From contig CALWXY010000062.1 of assembly GCA_944385595.1 (NCBI GenBank), positions 1 to 32,232 on the forward strand: a stretch of 32,232 nt of DNA. Reading direction: 5' to 3'. This DNA is from an uncultured Oscillospiraceae bacterium (GTDB taxonomy: Bacteria; Bacillota; Clostridia; Oscillospirales; Oscillospiraceae). The number at the start of each line of letters is the position of its first letter. Position 1 is the first letter of the stretch. The position numbers and the translations under genes were made by a program. Below, piece by piece: positions 14,280 to 24,269 of the stretch. The notes under the pieces were generated by a model, which made no database searches, had not been told where the DNA came from, and saw only the letters and a list, made by a program, of their open reading frames with translations.

Positions 14280-16091
14280 ATGAATGAGGTAAAAACCCCG
14301 AAGAAACCGCTGCTTTACTATTACGTCATAGTCCTGCTGGTGCTGCTGCTGTTCAACTTCCTCGCTATGCCGTGGATAGCGCAGAACCAGATAGTCGACG
14401 TCGACTACAACACCTTCATAGAGATGACGGAAAACGGCGAGATAAGCCGCGCCGAGCTGCAGGACGCGACCAACCGCATACTGTTCACCGACACCAATGA
14501 GAAGATAGTCTACAAGACCGCCATGGTCGACGACCCCGACCTGATTTCCCGCCTTAATGACAACGGCGTGTCGTTCCGCGGCGAGGAGATCGAGCAGAGC
14601 TCCGGCTTTCTGAGCGCGCTGCTGTCGTGGGTGCTGCCTATGGTGATATTCATAGGTATAGGGCAGTACATGTCGCGCCGCTTCATGCAGAGGGCGGGCG
14701 GCCCGAACTCGATGATGTTCGGCAAGAACAGCGCCAAGGTGTACGTCAAGTCGTCGGACGGCATAAAATTCTCGGATGTCGCGGGCGAGGACGAGGCCAA
14801 GGACAATCTCCGCGAGATAGTCGACTACCTGCACGACCCGCAGAAATACCGGGAGATAGGCGCGTCGATGCCGAAGGGCATACTGCTGGTCGGCCCTCCG
14901 GGCACCGGCAAGACGATGCTTGCCAAGGCCGTCGCGGGCGAGGCGAACGTGCCGTTTTTCTCGATGTCCGGCTCCGAATTCGTCGAGATGTTCGTCGGCA
15001 TGGGCGCTGCCAAGGTGCGCGACCTCTTCAAGCAGGCGAAGGAGAAGGCGCCGTGCATAGTGTTCATCGACGAGATAGACGCCATAGGCAAAAAGCGCGA
15101 CGGCCAGCTCGGCGGCAACGACGAGCGCGAGCAGACGCTCAACCAGCTGCTCACGGAGATGGACGGCTTTGAGGACAACACCGGCGTCATCATCCTGGCG
15201 GCGACGAACCGCCCCGAGTCGCTCGACCCGGCGCTGACCCGCCCGGGCCGCTTCGACAGGCGCGTGCCCGTCGAGCTGCCCGACCTCAAGGGCCGCGAGG
15301 AGATACTGCGCGTCCACGCGAAGAAGATAAAGGTGGCCGACGACGTCGACTTCAACAGAATAGCTCGCATGGCCTCCGGCGCGTCGGGCGCGGAGCTTGC
15401 GAATATCGTGAACGAGGCGGCGCTGCGCGCGGTGCGCGGCGGCAGGCGCTTTGCCACCCAGGCCGACCTTGAGGAGAGCATAGAGGTGGTCATAGCGGGC
15501 TACCAGAAGAAAAACGCCATACTCACCGACGCGGAGAAGCGCATAGTCGCCTACCACGAGGTCGGCCACGCCATAGTTGCGGCGCGGCAGAGCGGCTCGG
15601 CCCCGGTGCAGAAGATAACCATAGTGCCGCGCACCTCCGGCGCACTGGGCTATACCATGCAGGTCGAGGAGGGCAACCACTACCTGATGAGCCGCGAGGA
15701 GCTGGAGAACAAAATCGCGACCTACACCGGCGGACGCGCGGCTGAGGAGCTGGTGTTCGGCTCGGTGACCACCGGCGCCTCCAACGACATCGAGCAGGCG
15801 ACGAAGCTCGCCCGCGCCATGATAACCCGCTACGGCATGAGCGACGACTTCGACATGGTCGCGCTTGAGACGGTGACGAACCAGTACCTCGGCGGCGACG
15901 CCTCGCTCGCCTGCTCGGCGAAGACCCAGGCGGACGTGGACGCGAAGGTCGTTGAGCTGGTTAAGCGCCAGCACCGTAAGGCTCTGGACATACTCGAGGC
16001 AAACCGCGCGAAGCTCGACGAGATAGCCTCCTGGCTGTACGAGAAGGAGACCATCACCGGCGACGAGTTCATGGCGATACTGAATAAGTAA
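14280..16091 (+). CDS. ftsH: ATP-dependent zinc metalloprotease FtsH
   Basis: N-terminal TM segment, Walker A GPPGTGKT, Walker B IVFIDEID, second region of homology, and Zn motif HEVGHAI. ATG 14280 follows GAAAGGG. Confidence 0.97.
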   Translation: MNEVKTPKKPLLYYYVIVLLVLLLFNFLAMPWIAQNQIVDVDYNTFIEMTENGEISRAELQDATNRILFTDTNEKIVYKTAMVDDPDLISRLNDNGVSFRGEEIEQSSGFLSALLSWVLPMVIFIGIGQYMSRRFMQRAGGPNSMMFGKNSAKVYVKSSDGIKFSDVAGEDEAKDNLREIVDYLHDPQKYREIGASMPKGILLVGPPGTGKTMLAKAVAGEANVPFFSMSGSEFVEMFVGMGAAKVRDLFKQAKEKAPCIVFIDEIDAIGKKRDGQLGGNDEREQTLNQLLTEMDGFEDNTGVIILAATNRPESLDPALTRPGRFDRRVPVELPDLKGREEILRVHAKKIKVADDVDFNRIARMASGASGAELANIVNEAALRAVRGGRRFATQADLEESIEVVIAGYQKKNAILTDAEKRIVAYHEVGHAIVAARQSGSAPVQKITIVPRTSGALGYTMQVEEGNHYLMSREELENKIATYTGGRAAEELVFGSVTTGASNDIEQATKLARAMITRYGMSDDFDMVALETVTNQYLGGDASLACSAKTQADVDAKVVELVKRQHRKALDILEANRAKLDEIASWLYEKETITGDEFMAILNK

Positions 16092-16095
16092 TAAC

Positions 16096-16133
16096 AAAAA
16101 AGCTCCGGAGGAAAATTCCTCCGGAGCTTTTGT
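16096..16133 (+). terminator. ftsH intrinsic terminator (copy 1 of a duplicated ~42-bp hairpin)
   Basis: AGCTCCGGAGG-aaaatt-CCTCCGGAGCT followed by TTTT. Confidence 0.8.
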
Positions 16134-16221
16134 CGCCCCGCTTTGCCGCCGCGGCGGCAAAATATGCGCGAAGCGGAGCGCAATCTCTTTGCATTAAAAG
16201 GCGAAACGCCTTTTAATGCAA

Positions 16222-16264
16222 CAAAAAAAGCTCCGGAGGAAATTCCTCCGGAGCTTTTGTCGGC
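16222..16264. repeat. Copy 2 of the ftsH terminator hairpin
   Basis: CAAAAAAAGCTCCGGAGGAAATTCCTCCGGAGCTTTTGTCGGC compared with copy 1 at 16095-16137: two single-base length differences and one substitution. Confidence 0.8.
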
Positions 16265-16445
16265 AAAAAGGCGGGCGACAAGTCGCCCGCCGCCCCGCGA
16301 ATGCCGTGGTGACCCAATTAGAACCTGCACGACTCGGCAGGTGGGTCGCCTCCTCACAGCTTCTCTGCTTCCAACTTCCAGGCGCGGTCAAAGCCGCCCC
16401 GGGAGGCCTGCAATTCACTGAGAGAGCCGGCGTCCCGTAGTAAAA
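16265..16445 (-). ncRNA. Orphan GC-rich structured segment ending in a canonical minus-strand intrinsic terminator (candidate sRNA or 3'-UTR-derived RNA; class unknown)
   Basis: Minus strand: GGCGGGCGAC-tt-GTCGCCCGCC followed by TTTTT (16291-16265). Upstream helices include GCCUCC/GGAGGC, GACCCA/UGGGUC and ACCUGC/GCAGGU. No gene lies downstream on this strand. The 5' end is undefined. Confidence 0.25.
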
Positions 16446-16553
16446 ATGTGGGTTTAAATGGGTCAGTAAAAAATCCACGCACAACGCAGGGATTAAAAAC
16501 AGTATGAATCGCAAGCGCGATTATTTGTGGCCGGCGCGCCGGCGAAAGGGAAC

Positions 16554-16838
16554 TTATTCCTCCTCTTCGTCGTCCAACAGCAGTGTCATGAAGGTCTCAT
16601 AGGCCTCATCCAGCTCGCTCTCGTCGTCGACGGTGGCGAAGATTTCTTCCCCGTTTTCCTCAATAACTTTCAGTATGACGTAGCCATAGTCGGGGTCATC
16701 CTCGCTCATATCAGCGGGGAAGAAGGCCATGTAGCTCCTGTCATCCACGTCGAAGGACATGATGAACTCGAGCTCGAGTTGATTGCCATCCTCGTCAGTG
16801 ACCGTGATGTAGTCGCTGCCGAACTCGTTTTGGCCCAT
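16554..16838 (-). CDS. DUF1292-family small acidic protein
   Basis: ITVTDEDGNQLELEFIMSFDVDDRSYMAFFP...VILKVIEENGEEIFATVDDE with an acidic tail. ATG 16838 lies 8 nt after GGAGG. Confidence 0.7.
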   Translation of the reverse strand: MGQNEFGSDYITVTDEDGNQLELEFIMSFDVDDRSYMAFFPADMSEDDPDYGYVILKVIEENGEEIFATVDDESELDEAYETFMTLLLDDEEEE

Positions 16839-16971
16839 CGGAATCGCCTCCTCAGCAGGTGTGGACTTCCGTCCCACGGCTATATTGTAACTCAGCCTTC
16901 CGCAAAAATCAATCAGTCAAAACGCACAGTTATTGTCCGCTGCACATGTCGATGTAACAGAAATTGAGCTG

Positions 16972-17277
16972 TCACGAGCCCAGATCCTCGAGGATCCGCG
17001 CGAGCTCGTCATCATTTTCCACGAAAATGCCGTTTTCGAGGGCAGATCTGTCCGCCCGGGGCAGACTTTTCAGTTCGATTTCCGTCATTTTGACAGGGTC
17101 GCCCCCATCCGGCGGGAAAACGGCGACCTTCCCCTCCGCGGAGCCGACGATATAGCCCGGCGTCTCCGCCGCGCTCTCGACCTTCTCCGCCGGAGCTGCG
17201 GCCAGCGCAAAACCCGATACCGATAACGCCGCCGCTATCGCGGCGAGGCCCGCGGCAGTCCTGAATTTCATTTTCAT
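16972..17277 (-). CDS. Small secreted protein (signal peptide; possibly a BofC-like C-terminal domain)
   Basis: MKMKFRTAAGLAAIAAALSVSGFALA signal-like N-terminus. ATG 17277 lies 8 nt after GGAGG. The family assignment is tentative. Confidence 0.5.
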   Translation of the reverse strand: MKMKFRTAAGLAAIAAALSVSGFALAAAPAEKVESAAETPGYIVGSAEGKVAVFPPDGGDPVKMTEIELKSLPRADRSALENGIFVENDDELARILEDLGS

Positions 17278-17384
17278 AGGCAATACCTCCGCCAGTGATT
17301 TGTCATTGAGCATTCCCGAAAAGCCGCATATTTAAACGTATTCCGCCTTTCGCCGCCAAAACTGCATAGACCGTTGACAAGCTG

Positions 17385-17393
17385 TGATATAAT
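17385..17393 (+). promoter_or_regulatory. Extended -10 element upstream of the PBP gene
   Basis: TGaTATAAT lies 36 nt before the ATG. The nearby TTGACA (17374-17379) is too close to act as its -35. Confidence 0.4.
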
Positions 17394-17428
17394 AGCCCTA
17401 ATGAGCATTCTCAGGAGGAACCAAGCTG

Positions 17429-19579
17429 ATGAACCTGTTCAAAAATAAAAAGACGAATAAGGCGGCAAAGACGGCCGCCTCAGCGGTCGCCTTCACCGTC
17501 GGCGGCACCGCGAGGCTCGTGCTCAAAACGCTGCTGACCGTCCTGCTCATCTTCCTCACGACGGGTATGATTTTCACCTGCATCTTCGCCGTGTACGTCA
17601 AAACCTGCCTCTCGTCCGACCTCGACATCAGGCTCGAGGACTTCTCCATGGATCTCAGCACCACGCTGTATTACGAGGACGACGGCGAGATCAAGGAGCT
17701 GACCTCGCTTTACAGCACGGTCAACCGCATCTGGGTCGACTACGACGAGATACCCGAGGATCTCGTCCACGCCGCCGTCGCCATCGAGGATCAGCGCTTC
17801 TACAAGCACAAGGGAGTCGACTGGTTCCGCACCGTCGGCGCCTTCGCCAACATGTTCCTCGGCATGAGGAGCGACTTCGGCGGCTCCACCATCACCCAGC
17901 AGCTGATTAAAAACATCACGCAGGAGGACGATATCACAGTCCAGCGCAAGCTGCTGGAGATATTCAGAGCGCTCGAACTGGAGAAAAACTACTCCAAGGA
18001 CGATATCATGCTCTGGTACCTCAACTTCATCTACCTCGGCAGCGGCTGCTACGGCGTCGAGGCCGCGTCGGAGACCTACTTCGGCAAGCACGTCAGCGAG
18101 CTGAGCCTCGCCGAGTGCGCGAGCCTCATAGGCATCACGAATAACCCCTCGCGCTACAGCCCCTACGCCGACGTCGAGGCCAACAAGGAGCGCCAGGAGA
18201 CCATACTCTGGGAGATGTACGACCAGGGCTATATCTCCCACGAGGAGTATGAGCAGGCCGTCGCGGAGGAGCTCACCTTCGTCCGCAGCGTCACCGAGAG
18301 CTACACCCAGGAGATCTACAGCTACTACGTCGAGACCGTCATAAACGACGTGCTCACCGACCTCATGGAGCAGAAGGGCATAAACCTCTCCACCGCCCGC
18401 CAGCTGCTCTACTCCGGCGGCTACCAGATCTACACCTGCATCGACATGGACATACAGAATCAGGTCGACACCATATATGAGAACATGGATAACCTGCCGA
18501 AATCCTGGGCGCCGTCCGAGCAGCAGTTCCAGTCGGCAATAGTCATCATGGATCAGTACACCGGCGAGATCAAGGCGCTCTCCGGCGGCACCGGCGAGAA
18601 GAAGGCCAACTTCGAGCTGAACCGCGTCGACTCCAAGCGCCCGCCCGGATCCTCGTTCAAGCCGCTGGCCGTGTACGGCCCGGCATTCGACGTCGGCCTC
18701 GTCACGCAGTACACCCAGGTGAACGACGCCGCCGACATAAAGCTCAGCGGCACCACCTGGTACCCGCGCAACTCCGGCGGCGGCAACCGCGGCATCACCA
18801 CCATCCGCCAGGGCATCATCTCGTCGCTCAACACCGTCGCGGCGCAGACGCTCGATAAGCTCTCGCTGCAGACCTCGTGGGACTACCTGATGAAAATGGG
18901 CTTCGACCTCGTCGAGAGCGACCTCAACTACGCCCCGCTGGCCCTCGGCCAGCTCTCCGAGGGCACGACGGTGCGGAATATGGCGCAGGCCTACACGGCC
19001 TTCGCCAACAAGGGCATAATGACCTACGGCCGCACCTACTCCCGCGTGCTCGACGCGCAGGGCAACGTCGTGCTCGAGAATAACCCCGAGACGGTGACCG
19101 TGTTCAAGGAGAACACCGCCGCCAACATCACCGACGTGCTTGAGGACGCCGTCACCTACGGCACCGGCTCCGCCGCCTACCTCGGCTTCATGCCGGTGGC
19201 CGGCAAGACCGGTACCACCAGCGCCGACTGCGACCGCTACTTCGTCGGCTACACGCCGTACTACGTCGCCACCGTCTGGACGGGCTACGATATGCCGGAG
19301 GCCATGCGCTTCTCGTCTAACCCCGCGGCGCAGATTTGGAAATCCATCATGGGCCCGATACACGAGGATCTTGAGTACGTCGCCTTCCCCACTCCCGTCA
19401 TAGGCGCGCCGACCAACATCTTCGGCGACCTCGAGGAAGAAGAGGAAGAGGAAGAAGAGGAGGAGAGCCCCTCCCCCAGCCCGTCGCCGAGCCCCTCGCC
19501 CAGCACCGCGCCGGAGAGCTCCCCCAGCCCGGACGTGAGCGCTCCCCCGGTCTCCAACTCCGATGTGATTGTGGGCTAG
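17429..19579 (+). CDS. Bifunctional class A penicillin-binding protein (GT51 transglycosylase plus transpeptidase)
   Basis: N-terminal TM segment, GT51 motif EDQRFYKHKGVD, transpeptidase motifs SSFKP (SxxK), SLN and KTGT. AGGAGGA SD. Low-complexity C-terminal tail. Confidence 0.95.
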   Translation: MNLFKNKKTNKAAKTAASAVAFTVGGTARLVLKTLLTVLLIFLTTGMIFTCIFAVYVKTCLSSDLDIRLEDFSMDLSTTLYYEDDGEIKELTSLYSTVNRIWVDYDEIPEDLVHAAVAIEDQRFYKHKGVDWFRTVGAFANMFLGMRSDFGGSTITQQLIKNITQEDDITVQRKLLEIFRALELEKNYSKDDIMLWYLNFIYLGSGCYGVEAASETYFGKHVSELSLAECASLIGITNNPSRYSPYADVEANKERQETILWEMYDQGYISHEEYEQAVAEELTFVRSVTESYTQEIYSYYVETVINDVLTDLMEQKGINLSTARQLLYSGGYQIYTCIDMDIQNQVDTIYENMDNLPKSWAPSEQQFQSAIVIMDQYTGEIKALSGGTGEKKANFELNRVDSKRPPGSSFKPLAVYGPAFDVGLVTQYTQVNDAADIKLSGTTWYPRNSGGGNRGITTIRQGIISSLNTVAAQTLDKLSLQTSWDYLMKMGFDLVESDLNYAPLALGQLSEGTTVRNMAQAYTAFANKGIMTYGRTYSRVLDAQGNVVLENNPETVTVFKENTAANITDVLEDAVTYGTGSAAYLGFMPVAGKTGTTSADCDRYFVGYTPYYVATVWTGYDMPEAMRFSSNPAAQIWKSIMGPIHEDLEYVAFPTPVIGAPTNIFGDLEEEEEEEEEEESPSPSPSPSPSPSTAPESSPSPDVSAPPVSNSDVIVG

Positions 19580-19598
19580 CCCGAACGCCAAAAGCAAG

Positions 19599-19643
19599 AC
19601 CCGCAGACTGCATACATTCTCGCGGCCTGCGGGTTTGTTTTTT
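19599..19643 (+). terminator. Intrinsic terminator after the PBP gene
   Basis: ACCCGCAG ... CTGCGGGT followed by TTGTTTTTT. Confidence 0.6.
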
Positions 19644-19659
19644 GCCTAAAATCGCAATT

Positions 19660-19688
19660 TTGAAATAAAAATGAGCTTTTTTTAGAAA
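19660..19688 (+). promoter_or_regulatory. Possible promoter of the dgt-dnaG-rpoD operon
   Basis: TTGAAA, a 17-nt spacer, then TAGAAA. Confidence 0.3.
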
Positions 19689-19760
19689 AAAAGGAGGGAA
19701 AATCAGTCCGCATCGCGTATAAGAATAACAGAGACTTTTATTCCGCGGGAGGTGTCAGCC

Positions 19761-20765
19761 ATGCCCTGTCCACGAGAAGTCCGCGAGCAGCTCGAGGAGC
19801 TTATGATAGGCCCCTACGGCCAGCTCGCCAGAAACAGCCGGGGGCGCGAGAAGCCGGACAGAGTCTGCGAGATCCGCACCTGCTTTCAGCGCGATATCGA
19901 CAAAATCACGCACTGCAAGGCCTTCCGGCGCCTCAAACACAAGACGCAGGTCTTCCTCCAGCCGGAGGGCGACCACTACCGCACCCGCCTCACACACACG
20001 CTCGAGGTCTCGCGCATAGCGCGCACCATCACAAGGGCGCTGCGCCTGAACGAGGACCTCACCGAGGCCATCGCCCTCGGGCACGACCTCGGCCACACGC
20101 CGTTCGGCCACGCGGGCGAGCGCGCGATAAGGGAGATCTACCCGCCCGGCTTCCACCACTACGAGCAGAGCCTGCGCGTCGTCGACCTCATCGAAAAGGA
20201 GGGGCGCGGCCTCAACCTCTGCTATGAGACGCGCATGGGCATACTCCACCACACCCACGGCGCGCCGAACGACACGCTTGAGGCCATATCCGTGCGCCTT
20301 GCGGACAAAATCGCCTACATAAATCACGACGTGGACGACGCGATCAGAGCGGGTCTGCTCACAACGGAAAATCTGCCCGATGTCGTCCTCCGGCGCATAG
20401 GCCGCCGCCACAGCGAGAGAATAAACTCCATAATCAGCGACCTCATCGCCAACAGCACCGGCGGCGAGCTCAAAATGTCGCCGGAGATGTCCGAGGCTGT
20501 CGACGTTTTTCACGACTTCATGTACAAAAACGTCTACATGAATTCGACGGCAAAGGCCGAGGAGAGCAAGGTCTCGAATATAATATCGGGAATCTGGGAA
20601 TATTATGTCAACCACCCCGAGAAGCTCCCGCCGGAGTACGCGGCGATAGCAGAGCGCGAGGGGCTGCCTCGCGCGGTGTGCGACTATGTCTCAGGCATGA
20701 CTGATAAATACGCAATACGCAAATACAGCGAGATATTCATTCCCGCTGCGTGGATGGTATACTGA
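19761..20765 (+). CDS. dgt: dGTPase-like dNTP triphosphohydrolase (HD domain)
   Basis: HD-domain motifs RLTHTLEVSRIAR and LGHDLGHTPFGH. ATG 19761 lies 8 nt after GGAGG. Conserved position upstream of dnaG-rpoD. Confidence 0.85.
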   Translation: MPCPREVREQLEELMIGPYGQLARNSRGREKPDRVCEIRTCFQRDIDKITHCKAFRRLKHKTQVFLQPEGDHYRTRLTHTLEVSRIARTITRALRLNEDLTEAIALGHDLGHTPFGHAGERAIREIYPPGFHHYEQSLRVVDLIEKEGRGLNLCYETRMGILHHTHGAPNDTLEAISVRLADKIAYINHDVDDAIRAGLLTTENLPDVVLRRIGRRHSERINSIISDLIANSTGGELKMSPEMSEAVDVFHDFMYKNVYMNSTAKAEESKVSNIISGIWEYYVNHPEKLPPEYAAIAEREGLPRAVCDYVSGMTDKYAIRKYSEIFIPAAWMVY

Positions 20766-20780
20766 CAGGGGGCGAAAAAG

Positions 20781-22529
20781 CTGGCCATACCCGAGAGCTT
20801 CCTCAGAGAGCTGACAGAGCGCTGCGATATAGCCGATGTCGTGTCGGGCTATGTGCGGCTCACAAAGCGGAGCGGGGCGAATCTGTTCGGATTGTGCCCC
20901 TTCCACAGCGAGAAGACGCCGTCGTTCTCCGTCTCGCCGGAGAAGCAGATCTACCACTGCTTCGGCTGCGGCAAGGGCGGAGGCGTCATAAACTTCATAA
21001 TGGAAATCGAGGGTCTGAGCTTCCGCGAGGCGGTGGAGTTTCTGGCCAAGCGCGTCGGCATGGAGGTGCCGGACGAGCGGGGCGACACCGAGTCCCGCAA
21101 AAGGGAGCGGATGCTCGCGCTCAATAAGGACGCCGCCCGCTTTTTCCACAGCCGCCTCACCGACCCGTCCGGCGCTCCGGCTCAGGATTATGTAAACCGC
21201 CGCGGCATAGCGCCGAAAATGGTGAGGACATTCGGCCTCGGCTTCGCGCCCGACAGCTGGGACGCGCTGCTCAAGGCCATGACGGCGCTGGGCTACACGC
21301 GCCAGGAGATGTTCGACGCGGGGCTGATTCGCGTCGGCAAAAAAGAGGGCAGCTTTTACGACACCTTCCGCAACCGCCTTATGTTCCCAGTCATTGATAT
21401 AAGGGGCAACGTCATAGGATTTTCGGGCAGGATATTGGGCGACGGCGAGCCGAAATACATGAACAGCCCGGAGACGATGGTTTTCAACAAAAGCCGCAAC
21501 CTGTTTGCGATAAACCTCGCGAAAAAGACCAAGGCGCCCTACTTCATCCTCGCCGAGGGCAACGTCGACGTGCTGATGATGCACCAGGCGGGCTTCGACT
21601 CGGCGGTCGCCTCGCTCGGCACCTCGCTCACGCCGGAGCAGGCGCGGCTGATCTCGCGCTATACCGGCGAGGTCGTCATCGCCTACGACAGCGACGGCGC
21701 GGGGCAGAAGGCCTCGCAGCGCGCCATAGGCATACTTGAGAAGCTCGACATCAAGGTGCGCATACTGCATATGGAGGGCGCCAAGGACCCGGACGAATTC
21801 ATACGCAAAAACGGCGCGGAGGTGTTCCGCTCGCTGCTCGAGAGCAGCGAGAACCACGTCGAGTACCGCCTGCGGGCGATACAGGCGAAATACGACTTGA
21901 AAAACGACGAGCAGCGCGTCGCCTTCCTCAAGGAGGCGGCGGGGCTTCTCGCCTCGCTGCCGAATCAGCTCGAGCGCGAGGTGTACTCCATGCGCCTCGC
22001 CGAGACGGCGCGCGTCCCCGCGCAGGTCGTCGAGGACGAGGTCGCGCGGCTGCGAAAATCTCGCCTCAGCCGCGAGAAAAAGCAGTACGAGCGCGAGGAA
22101 CTGAGTCCGGTGCGGAACCTGCAGCGCCGCGAGCGCAGCGTGCGCTACGAAAACGTCCGCAGCGCAAAAGCGGAAGAGGGCGTCATCGCCCTGCTGTTCC
22201 AGGACCCGGAGCTGTTCCGCGAGCGCGACCCCGTGCCGCCGGAGGACTTCTCGTCGCCGGAGCTGGGGCGCATATACGCGGCTCTGCTCAGTCAGCTGCG
22301 CTCGGGCGGCGAGCTGTCGCCGCCGCTGCTGGCGGGTCAGCTCAGTCAGGACGAGATGAGCTGCCTCACCGAGATCATAGGCTCGCCCGAGATGACCCAG
22401 GGCAGCCGCGCCAAAGCTCTGGCGGATTACATAGAGGTCATAAAAAGCGAACGCTCCAAGGCCGCGCCGCAGGACGATCTGCGCGCCATGGCCGCAAAAT
22501 ACAGGCAGAAAAAAGGGTATGGTGGTTAG
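20781..22529 (+). CDS. dnaG: DNA primase DnaG (probable CTG start)
   Basis: CHC2 zinc finger [13 protein letters not shown]...[10 protein letters not shown] and TOPRIM motifs (EGNVDV, DSDGAG). The conserved N-terminal segment [20 protein letters not shown] lies upstream of the first GTG (20841). Confidence 0.93.
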   Translation: MAIPESFLRELTERCDIADVVSGYVRLTKRSGANLFGLCPFHSEKTPSFSVSPEKQIYHCFGCGKGGGVINFIMEIEGLSFREAVEFLAKRVGMEVPDERGDTESRKRERMLALNKDAARFFHSRLTDPSGAPAQDYVNRRGIAPKMVRTFGLGFAPDSWDALLKAMTALGYTRQEMFDAGLIRVGKKEGSFYDTFRNRLMFPVIDIRGNVIGFSGRILGDGEPKYMNSPETMVFNKSRNLFAINLAKKTKAPYFILAEGNVDVLMMHQAGFDSAVASLGTSLTPEQARLISRYTGEVVIAYDSDGAGQKASQRAIGILEKLDIKVRILHMEGAKDPDEFIRKNGAEVFRSLLESSENHVEYRLRAIQAKYDLKNDEQRVAFLKEAAGLLASLPNQLEREVYSMRLAETARVPAQVVEDEVARLRKSRLSREKKQYEREELSPVRNLQRRERSVRYENVRSAKAEEGVIALLFQDPELFRERDPVPPEDFSSPELGRIYAALLSQLRSGGELSPPLLAGQLSQDEMSCLTEIIGSPEMTQGSRAKALADYIEVIKSERSKAAPQDDLRAMAAKYRQKKGYGG

Positions 22530-22531
22530 AT

Positions 22532-23803
<1,272 letters not shown>

Positions 23804-23806
23804 AAT

Positions 23807-23845
23807 AAAAGACCTCCCGTATCCGCTGGATACGGGAGGTCTTTT
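23807..23845. terminator. Bidirectional terminator shared by rpoD and the convergent GNAT gene
   Basis: AAAAGACCTCCCGTATCC-gct-GGATACGGGAGGTCTTTT. Confidence 0.85.
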
Positions 23846-24269
23846 ATTTATCCCAAGCTAAGAGATATTCAAATTCGCCGGTGTTCTCATCAGTGGCGCC
23901 GTCTACAACTCTAAAGCCCTCTCGCTCGTAGAAACGCATGGCGCGGATGTTTTTGGCATATACACTGAGCTCCAGATGGTCTCTGAGGTTTTTGACATAA
24001 GTCAAAAGGTCTCTGCCTTCTCCCCTGCCCTGACGGTCCTCACGGACAAATATACCTGCGACATAGTTGCCGGTCAGGCCAATAAATCCGCCAATCTCAC
24101 CGCCGCCAAGCTCGAACACATATACCTCGGCCCGCTCCAGAGCCGCTCTCACCGGTATGAAATTATCAAGCCAATAGCTCTCTTGTATAAACTCGTGTGC
24201 GCGCAGGTTCTCATTCAGCCAGATGTGGGCCACGGCATCTGCATCCGCGGCCGACATTTTCCTAATCAT
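23844..24269 (-). CDS. GNAT-family N-acetyltransferase
   Basis: Acetyl-CoA motif REDRQGRGEGRDLL with RFYEREGF near the C-terminus. ATG 24269 overlaps the upstream stop as ATGA. Confidence 0.8.
   Translation of the reverse strand: MIRKMSAADADAVAHIWLNENLRAHEFIQESYWLDNFIPVRAALERAEVYVFELGGGEIGGFIGLTGNYVAGIFVREDRQGRGEGRDLLTYVKNLRDHLELSVYAKNIRAMRFYEREGFRVVDGATDENTGEFEYLLAWDK

Noticed and set aside
14235-16160. A 641-aa minus-strand ORF antisense to ftsH. The same pattern occurs at 17480-19597 (antisense to PBP1A), 20691-22538 (dnaG), 22535-23764 (rpoD), 24293-26005 (CoADR) and 29260-31092 (lipoprotein).
   Set aside because: Each mirrors a gene with unambiguous catalytic motifs on the other strand. 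The composition is low-complexity (R, A, G, L, V, H), and no start-site signals are present.
16290-16440. Possible SRP (4.5S/scRNA) RNA because of GGAAGCAG, or a T-box leader because of AAUUGGGUCACCACGG.
   Set aside because: The SRP domain IV context (AGG...CC-GGAA-GG-AAGCAG) is not reproduced: there are extra bases in the loop and the 5' strand is wrong. The T-box consensus GGGUGGNACCGCG is not matched, and there is no downstream gene to regulate.
20763-20783. The dgt-like gene and dnaG are in the same frame, separated only by TGA plus five sense codons. This raised the possibility of TGA readthrough, recoding, or a dgt-primase fusion.
   Set aside because: Many other genes in the window end in TGA at sensible positions. 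One example is the repressor, which ends in TGA followed directly by TAG. An SD-like AGGGGG sits between the stop and the CTG. An independent CTG start is the simpler explanation.
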